Shown one piece after another: positions 1-7,751 of a stretch of 24,000 nt of DNA. The translations under genes and the position numbers were made by a program. The stretch covers positions 53,863 through 77,862 of the forward strand of contig JBEHYP010000003.1 in assembly GCA_048498115.1 (NCBI GenBank). The letters run 5' to 3'. Within the stretch, counting starts at the first letter, position 1, and each line of letters opens with the position of its first letter. The notes under the pieces are model-generated. The model searched no databases. It was not told the origin of the DNA and saw only the letters and a list, made by a program, of their open reading frames with translations. This DNA is from Bacteroidota bacterium. GTDB lineage: Bacteria > Bacteroidota > Bacteroidia > Chitinophagales > Chitinophagaceae.

Positions 1-2256
1 GGCACCGATGTAAAAGTGAACAACCTGCTGGGCACACTCGGCGCTTTTCTCTCCCACTTTTTTATTTATAAAGGGTTTGGTGTAGCCTCCTTCCTCATTT
101 GCAGCTTCTTTTTTATACTCGGTGTTAATTTGTTTTTTGGTAAAAAAATATTTTCAGTTGCCCGTAACCTCAAATATTTAATTACAGGGCTGGTGGTGCT
201 GAGTGTTGCCTTTGCAGTGATATTTGACGGAAAAGAGTTTCCCTGGGGCGGGGCTGTGGGTAAGCTGGCAAAAAACTGGATGTACCGGGCAATTGGCCAG
301 GTAGGCACATTGGCTGTGCTGGCGGTGGCTGTATTGAGCTATATCATCTGGAGGTTTAACCCTGTATTCAGGCTGCCTTCCAAAAAAGCGATTGCCAAAG
401 CAACAGAAGGCATTCCTGCTATAAATGAACCAATAGCCGGGGAAGAAAAAGAAATTATTGAAGAAGAAACCGAAACCGGCGGCAATAAACTGAATGGTAA
501 AAGCGGGATCCTCTCATTGCCAAAAGAAGAAGAAATACCTGTACATGACATCCAGCTTGTTGAAAAAGATATACCGGAAGAAAAAGAAGAAATTATTGCA
601 CCTGTATTAAATGAAATTGTTGCACCTGTTGCAAAAGCGCCGGCCAAGCCAAAAGACATTACACCATTAGAGCTGGAAATAAAAACAACGCCGGAAAAAG
701 AAGAAGCAGAAGAACCGAAAGAGCCTGTTGCCAAACGCCAGTCGCTGGATACAAAGTATGACCCCGTTTTAGACCTGAGAGATTACCTCTACCCTTCCAT
801 TGACCTGCTGGAAGCACATGGCAGCGATAAGATCGTACAGGATGCCACAGAATTACAGGCCAATAAAGACCAGATCATTAACACGCTCAAGAACTACGAC
901 ATCAGCATACAAAGGATCTCTGCTACGGTAGGTCCCACCGTTACCTTGTATGAGATTGTGCCTGCTGCCGGTGTGCGTATTTCAAGAATTAAAAACCTGG
1001 AGGATGATATTGCACTGAATCTTGCAGCGCTGGGCATTCGCATCATTGCACCTATTCCGGGCAAAGGAACCATTGGTATTGAAGTGCCCAATGCCAAGAA
1101 GACAATTGTAAGCATGAGAACCTTGTTGTCTTCCGATAAATTCCTGCACAACAATTATTCGCTGCCGATAGCTATTGGCAAAAAGATAGACAATGAAAAC
1201 TTTATTGTTGATCTGGCAAACATGCCGCACCTGCTAATGGCAGGCGCTACCGGCCAGGGTAAATCCGTAGGGTTAAATGCCATACTTGTTTCATTGCTAT
1301 ATAAAAAACACCCTTCACAGTTAAAGTTTGTACTGGTTGACCCGAAGAAAGTAGAGCTGAGCATTTACAAAACCATTGAAAGGCATTTCCTGGCCAAGCT
1401 GCCGGGCGAAGACGAAGCCATCATCACCGATACAAAGAAAGTGGTGCATACGCTCAATGCGCTTTGCATTGAAATGGACAACCGCTATGATCTGCTGAAA
1501 GAAGCCGGTTGCCGCAACATAAGGGAGTACAACGAAAAATTTGCTTCCCGGAAACTCAATCCTGAAAAAGGCCACCAGTTTCTTCCGTTCATCGTGCTGG
1601 TGGTGGATGAATTTGCCGACCTGATAATGACCGCCGGCAAAGAAGTGGAAATGCCAATAGCAAGGCTGGCACAGCTGGCAAGGGCCGTGGGTATCCACCT
1701 GATTATTGCAACGCAGAGGCCGAGCGTAAATATTATTACGGGCACTATCAAGGCCAACTTCCCGGCACGTATTGCTTTTAAAGTAAGCAGCAAGATAGAC
1801 AGCCGCACTATTTTAGATACCGGCGGCGCAGAGCAGTTGATCGGCAAAGGGGATATGCTTATCAGCTACAATGGCGAGTTGGTGCGTTTGCAATGTGCGT
1901 TTGTGGATACGCCTGAAGTGGATAAAATAAACGAGTTCATTGGCAACCAGCGTGGCTATGCACAGGCATTTTTATTGCCGGAATACGTGGATGAAAAAGA
2001 AATGGAAAAAGGCGAATTCGACATTAATGATAAAGATCCCTTATTTGAAGATGCCGCAAGACTGATCGTTGCCAGCCAAAGCGGAAGCACTTCATTGCTG
2101 CAACGGAAAATGAAACTCGGCTACAACCGCGCCGGCCGCTTAATGGACCAGTTGGAATCTGCCGGTATTGTAGGCCCCAACCAGGGAAGTAAAGTAAGGG
2201 ATGTATTAATAAAAACAGACGCGGAGCTGCAGCAATTTTTGAACAGTACTTTTTAG
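1..2256 (+). CDS. ftsK: DNA translocase FtsK/SpoIIIE, 5' partial (frame 1 is open from base 1; the GTG at 16 is only the first start-like codon in the window)
   Basis: N-terminal TM helices, an acidic/Pro-rich linker and a motor domain with Walker A (AGATGQGKS), Walker B (LVVDEFADL) and the ATQRPS motif. The C-terminal gamma winged-helix reads SLLQRKMKLGYNRAGRLMDQLE. Confidence 0.93.
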   Translation, partial: GTDVKVNNLLGTLGAFLSHFFIYKGFGVASFLICSFFFILGVNLFFGKKIFSVARNLKYLITGLVVLSVAFAVIFDGKEFPWGGAVGKLAKNWMYRAIGQVGTLAVLAVAVLSYIIWRFNPVFRLPSKKAIAKATEGIPAINEPIAGEEKEIIEEETETGGNKLNGKSGILSLPKEEEIPVHDIQLVEKDIPEEKEEIIAPVLNEIVAPVAKAPAKPKDITPLELEIKTTPEKEEAEEPKEPVAKRQSLDTKYDPVLDLRDYLYPSIDLLEAHGSDKIVQDATELQANKDQIINTLKNYDISIQRISATVGPTVTLYEIVPAAGVRISRIKNLEDDIALNLAALGIRIIAPIPGKGTIGIEVPNAKKTIVSMRTLLSSDKFLHNNYSLPIAIGKKIDNENFIVDLANMPHLLMAGATGQGKSVGLNAILVSLLYKKHPSQLKFVLVDPKKVELSIYKTIERHFLAKLPGEDEAIITDTKKVVHTLNALCIEMDNRYDLLKEAGCRNIREYNEKFASRKLNPEKGHQFLPFIVLVVDEFADLIMTAGKEVEMPIARLAQLARAVGIHLIIATQRPSVNIITGTIKANFPARIAFKVSSKIDSRTILDTGGAEQLIGKGDMLISYNGELVRLQCAFVDTPEVDKINEFIGNQRGYAQAFLLPEYVDEKEMEKGEFDINDKDPLFEDAARLIVASQSGSTSLLQRKMKLGYNRAGRLMDQLESAGIVGPNQGSKVRDVLIKTDAELQQFLNSTF

Positions 2257-2263
2257 TGGAACT

Positions 2264-2374
2264 GTTTCTCGTTGCTTGTTTCTCGTTCTCTTACTATTTA
2301 TGATCTCTGCAGAAATAGGAAAGACTTACAAATGAAAGTACTCAACGAGAAACGAATAACATTTAACGAGAAAC
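2264..2374. repeat. Bipartite inverted repeat: 2x GTTTCTCGTT facing 2x AACGAGAAAC
   Basis: GTTTCTCGTT lies at 2264-2273 and 2278-2287. Its exact reverse complement lies at 2344-2353 and 2365-2374. The element fills the convergent ftsK/murF spacer. Confidence 0.8.
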
Positions 2375-2382
2375 CAGAAACG

Positions 2383-3657
2383 CTATTCTAACACCTTCTC
2401 CATCTGCATGCTCCTCGATCCCTTTACCAAAATAGTCGTATCGGTAAAGTGTTGTTCTTTCAACCACTGGCCTGCTTCGGAAGAGGTAGTAAAATAATTA
2501 TACGGGTGTTCTATCTTATTAAAATCCCCTCCTACTAATGCCACTGCTTTCCAGTTATAGCCTGCAATCAACTTTACCAGTTCTTCATGCTCTTTAATGC
2601 TTTCAGCGCCCATTTCCATCATACCACCCAGCAGCAGCACTTTATCGCCGTTTATTTTTGAGATATTTTCAATGGCCGCTTTCATGCTGGTAGGGTTGGC
2701 ATTGTAAGCGTCTAAAATAATTTTGTTACCGTTTTTCACTATCAGTTGCGAACGGCTGTTGGAGGGTGTATAATTCTCCAATGCCGCTTTTATTTTTTCA
2801 TCGGGCACTTTAAAGTATTTGCCTACTGCTACGGCTACCAGTACATTCGGCAGGTTATAAGCACCGACAAGATTGGTTTTTATAGTATCAATGCCGGCAC
2901 CCTTCAGCAACTGCACTTCCAGCATTTCTTTATTATAAATAGCAATGCCTTCCACATCAGCATCGGCAGTGCCGTAAGTTTGTACATGCTTTATACCTTT
3001 GCTCATCTCCAGCAGGTAATCATAATCCTTCATCAAAAAAACAGTTCCCCCATGCTCCCTGAGAAAGTCATACAGCTCGCCCTTGGCTTTTCTCACGCCT
3101 TCTATGCCACCAAAACCTTCCAGGTGTGCTTTGCCGCAATTGGTGATGATGCCATGTGTAGGCAGTGCATATTTGCAATAACCTTCAATTTCATGCCGGT
3201 GATTGGCACCCATTTCGATCACCGCCATTTCTGCATCCATGCCAACAGATAAAAGCGTAAGCGGTATGCCGATATGATTATTGAGATTACCCTTGGTAGT
3301 GTATGTTATATAAGTACTGTTCAGCACTTCATGCAGCAGTTCTTTCGTGGTGGTTTTCCCGTTGCTACCGGTAATGGCAATAAACGGGATATCAAATTGC
3401 TCCCGGTGATATTTTGCCAGTTCCTGTAATGTATACAACACATCTCCTGTTTGTATCACCCGCTTGTCAGAAAAACCCGCAGGCTCATCAGCCACCACAT
3501 AAGCTGCCCCCGCATCCAGCGCCTGCTTTGCAAACAGGTTGCCATTAAAATTGGGGCCTTTTAACGCAAAGAAAATATCACCTTCCTTTAGTTTTCTTGT
3601 ATCTGTTTGTATAGAAGGGTGCTGTAAAAAGATGTCGTATAAGTCGGGGATTTGCAT
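2383..3657 (-). CDS. murF: UDP-N-acetylmuramoyl-tripeptide--D-alanyl-D-alanine ligase MurF
   Basis: Mur ligase P-loop (ITGSNGKTTTKE) and DAYNANP motif. I place the start at the internal ATG 3657 (MQIPDLYDIF...) because the 18-codon upstream extension in the track runs through a promoter box and a repeat. Confidence 0.92.
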   Translation of the reverse strand: MQIPDLYDIFLQHPSIQTDTRKLKEGDIFFALKGPNFNGNLFAKQALDAGAAYVVADEPAGFSDKRVIQTGDVLYTLQELAKYHREQFDIPFIAITGSNGKTTTKELLHEVLNSTYITYTTKGNLNNHIGIPLTLLSVGMDAEMAVIEMGANHRHEIEGYCKYALPTHGIITNCGKAHLEGFGGIEGVRKAKGELYDFLREHGGTVFLMKDYDYLLEMSKGIKHVQTYGTADADVEGIAIYNKEMLEVQLLKGAGIDTIKTNLVGAYNLPNVLVAVAVGKYFKVPDEKIKAALENYTPSNSRSQLIVKNGNKIILDAYNANPTSMKAAIENISKINGDKVLLLGGMMEMGAESIKEHEELVKLIAGYNWKAVALVGGDFNKIEHPYNYFTTSSEAGQWLKEQHFTDTTILVKGSRSMQMEKVLE

Positions 3658-3661
3658 ATGC

Positions 3662-3669
3662 CAAAAATA
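3662..3669 (-). promoter_or_regulatory. Bacteroidota-type -7 box TATTTTTG, 4 nt upstream of the murF ATG
   Basis: The plus strand reads CAAAAATA, which is TATTTTTG on the minus strand and matches the TAnnTTTG consensus exactly. Confidence 0.4.
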
Positions 3670-3687
3670 AACTATTGACCCGACATA

Positions 3688-3772
3688 TTTCACCGCAGAG
3701 AACAAGAGCAAATGGAGTTAACGCAGAGAAAACTCAGCGCAACCTCTGTTAACTCACTTCTCTGCGGTGAAA
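3688..3772. repeat. Perfect 15-bp inverted repeat with a nested imperfect palindrome (GCAGAGAA motif x3)
   Basis: TTTCACCGCAGAGAA at 3688-3702 pairs with TTCTCTGCGGTGAAA at 3758-3772. The inner pair is GTTAACGCAGAG (3717-3728) against CTCTGTTAAC (3744-3753), with a 1-nt bulge. Confidence 0.85.
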
Positions 3773-3865
3773 GAAAAAATAGAACCGGTCTGACCTTTGG
3801 TATCGACCGGCATTAAAAAAAACATGCTTTTTTATTCGTGCGCATTTGTGCAATTCGTGGCTAAC

Positions 3866-3893
3866 AAAAAACCCCTTCGCTATGAAGGGGTTT
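3866..3893 (-). terminator. Rho-independent terminator downstream of gldJ
   Basis: Stem CCCCTTC (3872-3878) / GAAGGGG (3884-3890) with a 5-nt loop. An A6 run on the plus strand gives a U-tract on the minus strand. It lies 20 nt after the gldJ stop. Confidence 0.75.
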
Positions 3894-3910
3894 CCTGTAT
3901 CAGTTTTAAA

Positions 3911-5458
3911 TTATTTCTTTTTCCTGTTTTGCTTACGCTTGCCGAAGATATTACCTTCCCTGAAGCCAGGGCCTTCAGGAGCGCCCATATAAGTTTGTGC
4001 ACACCTGAAACCGATAGTGCTTGAAGACTGGTCTTCTTCCAGGAAACGGCGGGCGCCGGGAGAAAGCCAGTAAGCCCTGTCGTTCCAGCTGCCACCTTTA
4101 AATACTTTTGATTTATCGCTGATCAGAGTAGTTACGCCATATTCATAGAAAGCGCCGCTTGCAGAATCACCATCCAGGTGGTTGATTGCATAATTATGCT
4201 GGTAGTTACGGCGGTTCTTGGTTTCTTCATCGCTCACATCTGTTTTCTTCAGCTGGCCCATTGAATCCCTTTCATATTCACCACTGCTGTTCTTATAAAA
4301 TTTCTGGAATTTGTTACCACGGAAGTAGTTGAAATCTTCACCATCAGAAGGTGTTAAAGGCCTGTAGGTATCCTGTACCCATTCTGATACGTTACCGCTC
4401 ATGTTATATAAACCAAATGAGTTGGGATAAAATGCTTTTACATTACCGGGGATAGCGCTGCGGTCATTCAAGCCACCGGCAACACCCATGTTATCACCGG
4501 ACCCACGTTTAAAGTTGGCGAGGAATTTACCCTGCCAACTGCTCCTGCGGTTGTCACGCAGCCCGTTTACATTGTTGCTCCATGCATATATCTGCTGGTT
4601 ACTGATCAGTTCTTCACCAGATTTGCTTTCTTTCTTTCTTGGATTGGGGTTTTGGTCATACAGGCCATATGCTGCATATTCCCATTCTGCTTCTGTTGGC
4701 AGGCGGTAGCCCATGTTCAGGATACCATCTTCCATTTTTACTACAGATCTTGGTTTGCCGCTTACATCCAGGAATTCAGATTTTTTAGGCTTTGCCCTGC
4801 CCTGTATCAGTTCAGGGTTCATGATATAAGTTTCGGTATTGAATGATGCATCGGCACCTCCACCTTTCATTTCTTTCTTAGCAAAGTCTTTTTTCAGGTA
4901 TCCTTTCTGCATCAGGTTCAGCTCATTCACCCTGTCTGTCCTCCACACGCAGAAGTCATGCGCCTGCAGCCAGGTAACGCCTACTACAGGATAGAAGTTA
5001 TAAGCGGGATAACGGAAATAATACTCAACATAAGGCTCATTATAAGCCAGCTCTTCACGCCAGCAAAGCGTATCAGGCAAAGCCCTCCTCATGATGTTGG
5101 TATCACCGCTGAAAGTATTTTCAAGCCAGTAGATGTATTCACGGTAGTGAACGTTGGCTACTTCTGTTTCATCTATAAAGAAGGAAGGAACGGTCACACG
5201 GCGGGGAACATTGTTCCAGTCTCCCATTACATCCTCATCTTTGGCGCCCATTACAAAGGTGCCGCCCTGTACAAATACCAGCCCGGGACCAGCCTTGGGG
5301 TATTTCATTTTGTTCACATGGTAGTTACCCATGTTTTTGTCGTCATAATTCCAGCCGGTAACAGAAGACTTGCCGCCTTTGTTACTTTTACAGGACACTA
5401 TTGCTCCGGCTACTGCCACTAAGAGCACCAGATTCTTCAGGGAAGTTACTTTTTGCAT
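3911..5458 (-). CDS. gldJ: Gliding motility / T9SS-associated lipoprotein GldJ (FGE/SUMF1-like fold)
   Basis: Lipoprotein signal (AGAIVSC), an N-terminal GPGLVFVQGGTFVMG block and C-terminal FGE-like GGSWND...GFRCA. It lies next to murF and porV, as in Flavobacterium. GldK is similar but sits in gldKLMN operons, which is not the case here. Confidence 0.85.
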   Translation of the reverse strand: MQKVTSLKNLVLLVAVAGAIVSCKSNKGGKSSVTGWNYDDKNMGNYHVNKMKYPKAGPGLVFVQGGTFVMGAKDEDVMGDWNNVPRRVTVPSFFIDETEVANVHYREYIYWLENTFSGDTNIMRRALPDTLCWREELAYNEPYVEYYFRYPAYNFYPVVGVTWLQAHDFCVWRTDRVNELNLMQKGYLKKDFAKKEMKGGGADASFNTETYIMNPELIQGRAKPKKSEFLDVSGKPRSVVKMEDGILNMGYRLPTEAEWEYAAYGLYDQNPNPRKKESKSGEELISNQQIYAWSNNVNGLRDNRRSSWQGKFLANFKRGSGDNMGVAGGLNDRSAIPGNVKAFYPNSFGLYNMSGNVSEWVQDTYRPLTPSDGEDFNYFRGNKFQKFYKNSSGEYERDSMGQLKKTDVSDEETKNRRNYQHNYAINHLDGDSASGAFYEYGVTTLISDKSKVFKGGSWNDRAYWLSPGARRFLEEDQSSSTIGFRCAQTYMGAPEGPGFREGNIFGKRKQNRKKK

Positions 5459-5797
5459 GTACGTTCGTTTTGCAACTGTTTTAACGAAAGGTTTTCTTTA
5501 ATATTGTGTGGGGACACACGGTTGCGAATATAAATACTTTATGTGAGATAGCCTGAAATGCCGTGCATTTTTTAACAAATTACCTCTGCGGAAATCAAAT
5601 TTTATTAAAAGCTATTTTTATACAATATGTGCTGCTATCCTCTTGCCGGAAAGCAATAAACAATAATGGAATCCCGTTAACAACAGGAAGAAGCAAGCCC
5701 CGGCTTGTTCATTTAAACAAAACCCTTATTTTTACACCTTAACCAAAAATCATAAAGGCTTATAGAGACGATGTCTACCTAACTAAGACAAAACCGA

Positions 5798-6988
5798 ATG
5801 AAAAAAGTATCTTTTAAACTAACTGCCCTGGTGTTGATGTTGGCAAGTGTTGGCAATAATGCAAAAGCCCAGGTAGACCCCATTAATGTTGTAACTTCTG
5901 CCGTTCCCTTTTTAAGAATTTCACCGGATGCCCGTGGCGGCGGTATGGGTGATGTTGGCATTGCAACTTCCCCTGATGCTAATTCAGGTTTATGGAATTT
6001 GGCAAAAACACCTTTTAATACCAACCAGGGCGGCATTGGCCTTACTTACACCCCCTGGTTAAAAGACCTTGGCCTGAATGATGTGTACCTCATCAGCGGC
6101 ACAGGATTTTATAAATTAGATGATGAGCAGGCTATTACCGGCTCTTTAAGATATTTCAGCCTCGGCAACATCCAGTTTACTGATTATTCAGGAGAATTAA
6201 CCGGGGAATTCCGCCCCAGGGAATTTTCATTTGATGTAGGCTATTCAAGAAAACTATCCAATAACTTAGGTTTGGGTATCGCATTGCGCTATATCAATTC
6301 AAGCCTGGCAAAAGGCGATCCCAATAATAGTGGTACCAATTACAAGGCCGGCACCGCCATAGCAGGTGATATTACTTTATTTCATACCGGCATTAAAGCA
6401 GATGGTTCGGGGTGGAACTATGGTGTTACGCTTACCAACCTGGGTTCAAAGATTTCTTATACCAGCGATGCCAATCAAAAAGATTATATACCTGCCAACC
6501 TGGGCATCGGCGTTGCCTATAACAAAGCTGTGGACGAGGCCAATAAATTTACATTAGCTCTCGATATTCATAAATTATTAGTGCCAACACCTCCGGCATT
6601 AGGCGACAGCGCCGGACTGGCAAATTACCGTAACCAGGCCGTAGTGAGCAGTTGGTTCAAATCATTTGGTGATGCACCCGGTGGTTTTTCAGAAGAGCTG
6701 AAAGAATTTCAAATTTCTTTAGGTGGAGAATACTGGTATAATGACCAGTTTGCTTTCCGTGCAGGTTATTTTTATGAAAACCCGCAAAAAGGCAACAGGA
6801 AATATTTTACACTTGGCGCCGGTTTAAAGTATAATAATTTCGGGTTGAACTTTTCTTACCTGCTGCCTTCAGGCAACGGTGTAAACCGCAACCCATTGTC
6901 CAATACATTGCGCTTCGGCCTGTTCTTTGATTTTGACGGAAGCGGTTCAGGCAGCGGCGCCACTACTACACCAGCACCCACTAACTAA
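5798..6988 (+). CDS. porV: Type IX secretion system outer-membrane shuttle protein PorV (LptO)
   Basis: Signal peptide, then the characteristic N-terminal PFLRISPDARGGGMGDVGIATSPDANS block. The rest is beta-barrel-like alternating sequence ending ...LRFGLFFDF, followed by a Gly/Ser/Thr/Pro tail. Confidence 0.85.
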   Translation: MKKVSFKLTALVLMLASVGNNAKAQVDPINVVTSAVPFLRISPDARGGGMGDVGIATSPDANSGLWNLAKTPFNTNQGGIGLTYTPWLKDLGLNDVYLISGTGFYKLDDEQAITGSLRYFSLGNIQFTDYSGELTGEFRPREFSFDVGYSRKLSNNLGLGIALRYINSSLAKGDPNNSGTNYKAGTAIAGDITLFHTGIKADGSGWNYGVTLTNLGSKISYTSDANQKDYIPANLGIGVAYNKAVDEANKFTLALDIHKLLVPTPPALGDSAGLANYRNQAVVSSWFKSFGDAPGGFSEELKEFQISLGGEYWYNDQFAFRAGYFYENPQKGNRKYFTLGAGLKYNNFGLNFSYLLPSGNGVNRNPLSNTLRFGLFFDFDGSGSGSGATTTPAPTN

Positions 6989-7008
6989 TATCATTTTTTA
7001 TATTGTAA

Positions 7009-7037
7009 AGCGCCTTCACCAGCAGGGCGCTTTTTTT
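7009..7037 (+). terminator. Rho-independent terminator downstream of porV
   Basis: Stem AGCGCC (7009-7014) / GGCGCT (7026-7031) with an 11-nt loop, running into a T7 tract (7031-7037). Confidence 0.75.
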
Positions 7038-7042
7038 ATAGC

Positions 7043-7050
7043 TACATTTG
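7043..7050 (+). promoter_or_regulatory. -7 box TACATTTG upstream of ispF
   Basis: Exact TAnnTTTG match, 16 nt upstream of ATG 7067 and directly after the porV terminator. Confidence 0.4.
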
Positions 7051-7066
7051 CTGCAAATTTTTCAGC

Positions 7067-7546
7067 ATGCATCTCCGGATAGGCTTTGGTATTGATTTTC
7101 ATCAACTCGTTACAGACAGGGAATTTTGGCTGGGTGGGGTAAAAATTGAACATACAAAGGGTGCCCTTGGCCACAGCGATGCTGATGTATTGCTCCATGC
7201 AATATGCGATGCCATGCTGGGTGCTGCCTGCCTCGGCGATATAGGCGTTCATTTTCCCGATACCGATGCTTCACTCAAAAATATTGACAGCAAGATATTA
7301 CTGGCAAAAAGTTTTGAGCTGGTAAAAAAAGAAGGCTATTCCATTATAAATATTGACAGCGCCCTTTGCCTGCAGGCACCTAAAATAAAAAGTTATGTGC
7401 CACAGATGCAGGCGGTAATTGCAGGCATTCTTTCTATTAATATAAATGCGGTGAGCATTAAAGCTACTACCACTGAAAAGATGGGCTTTGTAGGAAGAGA
7501 AGAGGGATTAGTGGCGTATGCTACTATTTTACTTCAAAAAGCCTAA
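7067..7546 (+). CDS. ispF: 2-C-methyl-D-erythritol 2,4-cyclodiphosphate synthase
   Basis: IGFGIDFH ... GHSDADVLLHAICDA ... GDIG motifs (Zn-binding Asp/His residues), with the typical length of about 159 aa. Confidence 0.95.
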   Translation: MHLRIGFGIDFHQLVTDREFWLGGVKIEHTKGALGHSDADVLLHAICDAMLGAACLGDIGVHFPDTDASLKNIDSKILLAKSFELVKKEGYSIINIDSALCLQAPKIKSYVPQMQAVIAGILSININAVSIKATTTEKMGFVGREEGLVAYATILLQKA

Positions 7547-7562
7547 GTACCTCATCCTCGTT

Positions 7563-7582
7563 CCCTCTCCTAAAGGAGAAGG
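7563..7582. other. C/G-rich hairpin 1 in the ispF-dut spacer
   Basis: CCcTCTCC-taaa-GGAGAaGG. The TCTCC/GGAGA stem has two further CG pairs across one mismatch. No T-tract follows. Confidence 0.5.
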
Positions 7583-7701
7583 AGATCCACCGCAAACAAT
7601 CATCAGCAGTTGTAATTAAGCATTTCAAAAGTTATATCCGATTTCAACATAGAGCACTCCTGCCTGATATGGTAAAAGTGTTTCAAACCGTGAGAACTAA
7701 A

Positions 7702-7722
7702 AGCCTCCCCTGCGGGGAGGTT
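7702..7722. other. C/G-rich hairpin 2 in the ispF-dut spacer
   Basis: Perfect 7-bp stem CCTCCCC (7704-7710) / GGGGAGG (7714-7720) with a 3-nt loop and two extra wobble/AU pairs. It ends 16 nt upstream of the dut -7 box. Confidence 0.6.
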
Positions 7723-7738
7723 GGAGGGGGACTTTCAT

Positions 7739-7746
7739 TACCTTTG
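7739..7746 (+). promoter_or_regulatory. -7 box TACCTTTG, 5 nt upstream of the dut ATG
   Basis: Exact TAnnTTTG match. The ATG is at 7752. Confidence 0.45.
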
Positions 7747-7751
7747 CAGCC

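Noticed and set aside
339-734. 131-aa minus-strand ORF (Ser/Gly/Phe-rich) antisense to ftsK
   Set aside because: It lies entirely inside the ftsK linker region. Its low-complexity composition is the mirror image of the Glu/Lys/Pro codons on the coding strand, and it has no independent signals.
2746-3252. 168-aa plus-strand ORF inside murF, and similar long antisense ORFs at 4958-5422, 11363-11668, 11771-12289, 13651-14094, 14273-14629, 17067-17480 and 18267-18809
   Set aside because: Each is fully nested antisense to a gene with strong conserved motifs. The translations are Cys/His/Phe-rich or otherwise atypical, and none has a plausible promoter box or start context.
3658-3711. 18-codon N-terminal extension of murF in the ORF track (MLLFSAVKYVGSIVYFWH)
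   Set aside because: The extension runs across the TATTTTTG -7 box and into the 15-bp inverted repeat. MurF-type N-termini begin at the MQIPDLYDIF-like sequence.
3797-4024. 75-aa plus-strand ORF spanning the gldJ terminator and the gldJ 3' end (also 3880-4095 on the minus strand)
   Set aside because: It crosses a strong terminator hairpin and overlaps the well-supported gldJ reading frame. It has no supporting signals.
5556-5573. Terminator call for the AAATGC-cgt-GCATTT-TTT hairpin in the gldJ/porV spacer
   Set aside because: No plus-strand gene lies upstream of it. The stem is only 6 bp and AT-rich, and the T-run is partly the stem itself. I kept it as an observation only, not as a feature.
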